Positions 58,512 to 64,000 of a stretch of DNA of 64,000 nt are shown piece by piece. Each line of letters begins with the position of its first letter. Position 1 is the stretch's first letter. The stretch comes from an uncultured Nitrososphaerota archaeon (GTDB taxonomy: Archaea; Thermoproteota; Nitrososphaeria; Nitrososphaerales; Gagatemarchaeaceae): positions 224,001 to 288,000 of the forward strand of contig CAVRAG010000004.1 of the NCBI GenBank assembly GCA_963718895.1, in the 5' to 3' direction. The notes under the pieces were generated by a model. The model ran no database searches and was not told the origin of the DNA. It saw only the letters and a program-made list of their open reading frames with translations. The position numbers and the translations under genes were made by a program.

Positions 58512-58811
58512 TCAAGACCCCGACCGCAGCCGAGACAGCTTCAGGCTTCCCACGTGGTCGACAATCCATCGGACGATTCCGTCGTAGGCCTCTGAACCCG
58601 ACCGGGTGAGCTGCACCTGGCCGTCCGCGTCGAGTCTGACGAACCCCTTCTCCGTCATCCAGTCCATGTACCTGACGAGGCGGTCGTACGAGAGCCCCGT
58701 CGCCGCCGCGAGCGCTGTCCTGTTCATCGCTCCCTTCTCTTTCAGGGTCTTGACGATGCGAGCGAAGACGTACAGGTCAGGCCTTGTTGAACTCGGCCCT
58801 CTTGAACTCAG
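58512..58811 (-). CDS. wHTH (HTH_45-like) protein
   Basis: RPDLYVFARIV..NRTALAAATGLSYDRLVRYMDWM; open frame extends to CTG 58811. Confidence 0.7.
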   Translation of the reverse strand: MSSRGPSSTRPDLYVFARIVKTLKEKGAMNRTALAAATGLSYDRLVRYMDWMTEKGFVRLDADGQVQLTRSGSEAYDGIVRWIVDHVGSLKLSRLRSGS

Positions 58812-59469
58812 AGTAGAATCCCCTCAGGTCCCAGAACAGAAGATCGAGCGAGCGCAACCGGTTGAAGCCCGTCTCGAGGCTCTTCTTGCTGAATATCAGG
58901 ACAATTATGATGGATGCCGGGACGAGAAACTCCAGGACTGCGGGAACCCAGTACATCAGCCCTGCGAATTCGGCGATGACTGAGAGTAAGAAGTAGGTCA
59001 CGAGTGAGTAGCCGGCGACCTTGAGGATAGAGTAGAACAGGTACGCGATTCTCGAGGTGCTGACCATGCCCAGCTGCGACTCCCAGTCCAGCTCGGAGAG
59101 AAGTTTGACGGCTCCCGGGACGCCCTCCTCCATGGTCTTCTTCCATTCGCCCATCTTGGTCCGGCTAACCCTCCGGTCGACCCAGAGTATACCTCCGAGG
59201 AAGCCTCCCAGGACGATGATGCCGACCGCGAGGGAGGCGAAATTGCTCGACGGGATTCCGCTGAACGAGAAGTTCGCGCCGTTGACGGGAAATCCGGAAG
59301 TCACCTCGTACACGCCATCGAAGAATACAATGAGGATCGAGGCGATAATTGTGACCACCAAGATTGCCAGGAAGTCGAGCATCGCATAGGCGAGCTCCCT
59401 GTACTTCCGTACGTCGTCGAGGGCCCGCATGAGGTCGCTGACCTGCTCGACCACCTCCGCTTCGCTCAT
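58777..59469 (-). CDS. Four-TM membrane protein
   Basis: Hydrophobic helices; operonic overlaps with both neighbours. Confidence 0.65.
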   Translation of the reverse strand: MSEAEVVEQVSDLMRALDDVRKYRELAYAMLDFLAILVVTIIASILIVFFDGVYEVTSGFPVNGANFSFSGIPSSNFASLAVGIIVLGGFLGGILWVDRRVSRTKMGEWKKTMEEGVPGAVKLLSELDWESQLGMVSTSRIAYLFYSILKVAGYSLVTYFLLSVIAEFAGLMYWVPAVLEFLVPASIIIVLIFSKKSLETGFNRLRSLDLLFWDLRGFYSEFKRAEFNKA

Positions 59470-59957
59470 AGGGACACGCCCAGCACGCGGACCGAGACCA
59501 TGGCAGCCCCGTTAATCACGAGGTAGAATACGTGAATCCCTTTGATGGGGACCGGAATGGCGTTGAACGTCAGGAAGTCCGTGGCGTTCTGTCCGGTGAG
59601 GACCGACGCGTCGAGCGGATGATTCCCGTAGACGGAGTATCCTTCGCCGCTCGTGCCGACGTCCTCGAACGTATAGTAGATGGTGTTGGGCAGGACGATG
59701 GACTCGCTCCGGGTGACCCCCTGGATGGTCGTGCTCGTCCCGTTCGGGAAGGTCACTGACGCCGACTGGTTCACCCCGTCAGGCTGGATTGTTATCAGGA
59801 CGCGCGCATAGACGTAGTCTTCCTTGGCAATCACGAGGACCGAGGTTCCAGAGTTCCCTGTCTGATAGAAAGAAGGTTGTGGGCTCTGGAACAACGATAG
59901 TGTGGGCGCGACCAACACGAGAATCAGAACCAGGACCAGGAGCCATCTGACTCTCAT
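59466..59957 (-). CDS. Secreted or membrane-anchored protein
   Basis: N-terminal signal helix; first gene of a three-gene operon. Confidence 0.6.
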   Translation of the reverse strand: MRVRWLLVLVLILVLVAPTLSLFQSPQPSFYQTGNSGTSVLVIAKEDYVYARVLITIQPDGVNQSASVTFPNGTSTTIQGVTRSESIVLPNTIYYTFEDVGTSGEGYSVYGNHPLDASVLTGQNATDFLTFNAIPVPIKGIHVFYLVINGAAMVSVRVLGVSL

Positions 59958-60028
59958 AAATCGCAGCGCCTCTCGAGTCTATTTAAGGCGGACTCACTCG
60001 GAGAGAGTCCCCAGGCGCTCGTTGGTCT

Positions 60029-60178
60029 GAGATGCCGAAGAATGGGAGTGCCACGTATTGGGTTCGTTGCGCCTCCGCCGGTCCACCCTATCCAGGTTCG
60101 TCAGCTACTGTGAGTGAGCCGTGGTGGGGGTTCCAATTGCTCTCCGGGTTTCTGCGTGCGAACCGCGCCGGGGCCCTC
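60029..60178 (+). repeat. Array repeat copy J
   Basis: GGGTTCGTTGCGCCTCCGCCGGTCCACCCTATCCAGGTTCGTCAGCTA...GTGCGAACCGCGCCGGGGCC. Confidence 0.9.
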
Positions 60179-60319
60179 TTGCTACCCAGAAGAAGTTGGC
60201 AGATCTCTCTGGGAATGATTGCGAGACCCAGCTCTCCCTTAAATACGTGAAGGTGCTCTCCGACATCGTGGCGCTCATCCGCGAGTTGACTCTTCCTCGT
60301 AAAACGGTGGATTCAGAGC

Positions 60320-60712
60320 TTGGATGATGCCGTGCTCAAGCGGAGACTTGCATCGATGTTGAGGTTCGATCCTGCAATCAGGTATGTCATGTTAATCGGA
60401 GAGGACGACAAGCCTCTGTCTTCCGTCTCTAGAAGAAGCGATAAGTCGGCCCTCGAGCCTCCTGGACAGGGGAACCTAGTGCTCAGGCGGTTCGCGATCG
60501 CTCGGGGCATGGCGTCGACATCTGATTCATTTTACGGCCCAGCGCGCTTCGTCATACTACTGCGAGAGAAACTGATCGAGATAGTCTACCTGTCAGCCGC
60601 GAATATGATTCTAGTGGGGGCTGACCCTGATTTCCCCCTCGAGAAGGTCAAGCGACTTGCCAAGGTCTTGGACAAGGTTCAAATCAGGAGTCGGGCAACT
60701 CCGAAGTCTTGA
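60320..60712 (+). CDS. Roadblock/profilin-like small protein (DUF6659-like)
   Basis: DPAIRYVMLI..FYGPARFVILLREKL. Confidence 0.55.
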   Translation: MDDAVLKRRLASMLRFDPAIRYVMLIGEDDKPLSSVSRRSDKSALEPPGQGNLVLRRFAIARGMASTSDSFYGPARFVILLREKLIEIVYLSAANMILVGADPDFPLEKVKRLAKVLDKVQIRSRATPKS

Positions 60713-60751
60713 CTGGGACGCGTAGTCGCCCCGCTTCGTCTGCCGCGAACA

Positions 60752-60870
60752 GGGTCTATCGCGCCACCGCCAAGCCACCCATCCAGATACATCGGCTTTG
60801 GCAAGAGGATGTTGGAGGGACGGTTCCATCTCTCTCGGGTCTTACGTGTGAACCGCGCCGAGGCCCTCTC
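60752..60870 (+). repeat. Degenerate array repeat copy K (distal)
   Basis: ATCCAGATAC...CTCGGGTCTTACGTGTGAACCGCGCCGAGGCCCTCTC. Confidence 0.7.
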
Positions 60871-61360
60871 GCTCCTTGTCCCTCAGAGGTACGCCATGCG
60901 ACCGAGACGGCTCTAAGGTTAAGGATACGGAGAGACCCGATTCATCAGCAGGCGATTATTGAGGGCGTTGCGCTGTGCTTATCTAGAACGAATGGCCCGA
61001 CGATCAGGGAAACTGGTTTGGACACAACCAGAAGAGGGACCACCACCTGGGTTGCTCTCGCCGCCCTTCGAGTCGCCTCGATACTGATAGGAGGGGTCGT
61101 CGCTTTTGCTCTGGGGACTTCTTCCCGTCTCAAGGGTCGAGCGTCGGCCTCCCAACTACGGTAATCACCGTCGTGCTGTTCGTCTTCTTCGTTGTCCTCC
61201 GGCAAAGAAGGGCGCGAGAAATCGAGTCCGAGTCCGACCAATCTGCCGTGGAAGTGAACGCTCTGAGTCATTCCAGCTCGTGACACAGAGGTTTGGCGCA
61301 CAGCCCGGCTTTAATCATAGCCTACGTTGGAAAGGCTTATGGGCGACTTATCCGGTCGTC

Positions 61361-61651
61361 ATGAATGACTTGACTGAATCACAGGGTCGGGCGATGATGA
61401 TTGGAGTGCCAACATTGGTGCTTCTGACTCTTGCTGGATTCATTGTCAGCGCAGTACTCGAAGGGGCTTCGCGTACCCCTGCCCCCATTCTCGTTCCACT
61501 TGCCTTGAATCTCGGTCTTGGGTATGTGCTACTCAGAGGTGGAAAGCATGCTGGAGCCGGGCGAGTGATCCTCTATGGCGGAATGCTTGCCTCAGCGGCG
61601 CTGTTCTTCGTCTTCATTGTGCTCTTTTCGCCAAATTCGCTGTTTGGTTAG
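61361..61651 (+). CDS. Small three-TM protein
   Basis: Hydrophobic C-terminal part of ORF 61106..61651. Confidence 0.5.
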   Translation: MNDLTESQGRAMMIGVPTLVLLTLAGFIVSAVLEGASRTPAPILVPLALNLGLGYVLLRGGKHAGAGRVILYGGMLASAALFFVFIVLFSPNSLFG

Positions 61652-61878
61652 CTAGGGGTCTGCAGAACTTTCAGTAGTCTTGTTAATCTTGGATAAAGAA
61701 AGAAGGACATGCCACGGATAGGGTCCATTGCGTTTCCCGGAAACTGGTGTAGAACGTGGGGTGGTCCTAGAGCCAGCGACTCGTCCCAACTCAGCCTGCG
61801 TTGTTGGCCATTCGATTAGACACCCGGCGAACTCAACCCAAACAGATGCCGATGAGGGTAGCATTCGGAAGGCTGCTG

Positions 61879-62496
61879 TCACTCCGTCGCATAGCCTTTC
61901 TCGATGAGGAACTTCTTGAAGTCCTCCGACTCGGTTATCATCAGATCGATAGAGCGGAGGAGCATCGCGTAGAAGAACTCCATTGCCTCGTGGCTGCGCT
62001 GGCAGTTCGGACAGATATTGGTCTGCTTGGTGGGGATGAACCTCTGGAGCTCCTTGGTTCGGAACTGCTCAAAAGCGCCCTGCAGGGCCCTCGTCACGGG
62101 CTCGCGCATCTCCCCGGTCATCTTCTCGAGGATGCCGCTCACCCTGAGCGCGGCGTCGAACTCCTGATCGATGCGATACTTCCCCCAGGTGCTCCTTTCG
62201 CAGACGAAGCGCTTCTTCCTCTCCCCCTTCCGCTTCTTCTCCCTCGGGTAGAGGAAGACGTATTCCAGGCGGTATAGCTCCTTGAGGGTCGAATAGACGA
62301 CGCTGGCGGGTATCATCTCCCGCCGCGTGATGTCCTCCACCGTGACCCCCTGGGCGCCTGCCTGGCGTATCTGGTCCATTATTCGCCAGGTCGTCTCCTT
62401 CGAGAGCAGGTCCGCCTCCAGGTACGACTTGACCGGAAGATGGGTCAGGTATGTCTTGATGTTCTTCGCCTTCGCGGTCCGCATCAGCGACCGCAT
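61879..62496 (-). CDS. wHTH protein with C-terminal CxxC-x3-H motif
   Basis: GVTVEDI..IPASVVYSTLKELYR; ICPNCQRSHE. Confidence 0.6.
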   Translation of the reverse strand: MRSLMRTAKAKNIKTYLTHLPVKSYLEADLLSKETTWRIMDQIRQAGAQGVTVEDITRREMIPASVVYSTLKELYRLEYVFLYPREKKRKGERKKRFVCERSTWGKYRIDQEFDAALRVSGILEKMTGEMREPVTRALQGAFEQFRTKELQRFIPTKQTNICPNCQRSHEAMEFFYAMLLRSIDLMITESEDFKKFLIEKGYATE

Positions 62497-62734
62497 CGTC
62501 GTGGCGGCCTTAAGACTTTCGAGATTTCTCTATTTCCCGAAATTAGCGCGATTCCAATCTTTCGGGTCAAAATATCTAATAGCTGAACCGGGTCGCGGGC
62601 CGCTCCTAGAATTGCCAGACCCGACCATGCAGAGCCTTCCGACCTCGAGCTTCGAGGAGACCGGGGAGACTGCTGCCAGTTGACAGCTATACGATTGTCA
62701 GAGTAGGACAGAGAAGAGAGAACCCGAGACTCAG

Positions 62735-64000
62735 TTGAACGTCAGCTACGCCGTCCCAGCCCTGTTTCTAGCGATCGTCGCGCTCTTCGTCGTTGGCGCG
62801 CTGCTGCCGCTCTTGCTCAGGGATGCGAGGCGTGCGACCATCGCCGCGTTCGTGCCGGCGGCCGTCGCCTCCGCGCTGACGGTGGCGCTCTCGGTCCTGG
62901 TATTGTCCTCGGGAGCCGTGGTCCTGTTCTCATCTCCTCTCGCCGCGCCCGCACCCTCAATCGGGATCACGTTCTACATCGACGGCGTCGCCGCCTTCTT
63001 CATGCTGATTATCGGGCTCGTCGCGGCAGCCGTATCCGTCTACTCGCTGGGCTACAGCGGCGCGTCTGGCGGAGGGCACAGCGGCAAGTCCCTCGGGCTG
63101 CTGCTCAACGTCTTCGTCCTGTCGATGATCCTGGTGACAGCCACGGACAACGTGTTCTCTTTCCTGTTGTTCTGGGAGCTCATGTCGCTTACCTCGTTCC
63201 TTCTGGTCATCCACGACGACGAGAAGCCGGCCAACCTCAAGTCGGGGATCACTTACCTTGTCATGACGCATGTCGGCACCGCGCTCATCACGGCCGCATT
63301 TCTCGTCCTCTACTTCCAGACCGGGAGCCTCTCGTTCGACGTGTTCAGGAACTCCGCCGGTCAGCTCGCCCCCCTCACCAAGGACGCCGTCTTCGTCCTG
63401 GCGCTGGCTCGGCTTCGGCACCAAGGCTGGGCTGGTCCCTATGCACATCTGGCTCCCCAAGGCGCATCCCTCCGCCCCGAGCAACGTCTCCGCCCTCATG
63501 TCGGGGGTGATGCTGAAGGTGGCCATCTACGGGCTGGTCAGGGTAACGCTGGACTTCGTCGTCCCGAGCTCCCCAGGAGACGCCTGGCTCGGCCTGCTCA
63601 TGGTGGGAGCCGGGGCCACCTCCGCGCTGGTCGGGGTCCTCTACGCTGCCGTAGAGCACGACATCAAGCGCGCCCTTGCGTACCACAGCGTAGAGAACAT
63701 CGGGATCATCGTCCTGGGTCTCGGGCTCACGGTGGTCTTCATGTCGTATGGGCTCGCAACTCTGGCAGCCCTCGCGCTGCTCGCCAGCATGTACCACTCG
63801 CTCAACCACGCGGTCTTCAAGGGGCTCCTGTTCATGGGGGCCGGGTCGGTCGTGGCCAGGACCGGTAACGCCGACATGAATCTGATGGGCGGACTGGCGA
63901 AGAGGATGCCGTGGACCGCCGCGTTCTTCCTCGTCGGGTCCATAGCCATCGCAGGTCTCCCTCCGCTCAACGGATTCGTCAGCGAGTGGCTCACGATGCA
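62735..64000 (+). CDS. hyfB: Group 4 hydrogenase/formate hydrogenlyase membrane subunit (HyfB/HycC-like); frameshift near 63407; truncated by window end
   Basis: FLLFWELMS, YLVMTHVGT, then shifted frame GFGTKAGLVPMHIWLPKAHPSAPSNVSALMSG, DIKRALAYHSVENIG, LPPLNGFVSEW. Confidence 0.85.

Noticed and set aside
34417-60870. Canonical integron with attC sites
   Set aside because: No IntI in the window; the hairpin runs GTT...AAC rather than RYYYAAC...GTTRRRY; many cassettes carry their own promoters and some are inverted. An integrase outside the window cannot be excluded.

Overview
GC-rich archaeal DNA. Evidence: rpl10e, a CDC48 AAA ATPase, TrmB/wHTH regulators and TATA-box promoters. A non-ammonia-oxidising Nitrososphaerota-like lineage is my inference. 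Almost the whole window is accessory: small membrane-anchored or secreted Ser/Thr/Cys-rich proteins, many wHTH regulators, five toxin-antitoxin pairs and gene fragments. At its centre (28.7-33.7 kb) is a nuclease/integrase module: an 896-aa protein with an intact-looking C-terminal Cas1 domain fused behind a degenerate Hel308/Ski2-like region, a wHTH and Cys clusters. It is transcribed divergently, from mirror-image promoters, from a PD-(D/E)xK nuclease and two tandem LAGLIDADG genes. No CRISPR array, cas2, polB or tyrosine integrase is visible. From the 3' end of the neighbouring rpl10e, about 27 kb is organised as an integron-like array: about 12 co-oriented copies of a conserved repeat core (full unit about 185 bp) separate gene-sized cassettes (TA pairs, surface proteins, an ABC transporter). 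A second motif, GTTCGGACAAAACTATTAATCA (about 15 copies), heads many surface-protein genes. It shares the GTTCG core with the repeat, and one site (55769-55812) is a chimera of the two. Diverged fragments of rpl10e, cas1 and mazG are scattered between cassettes. About 9 single-base frameshifts in otherwise intact genes suggest read or assembly errors. All calls come from motif reading by eye; no database search was run.
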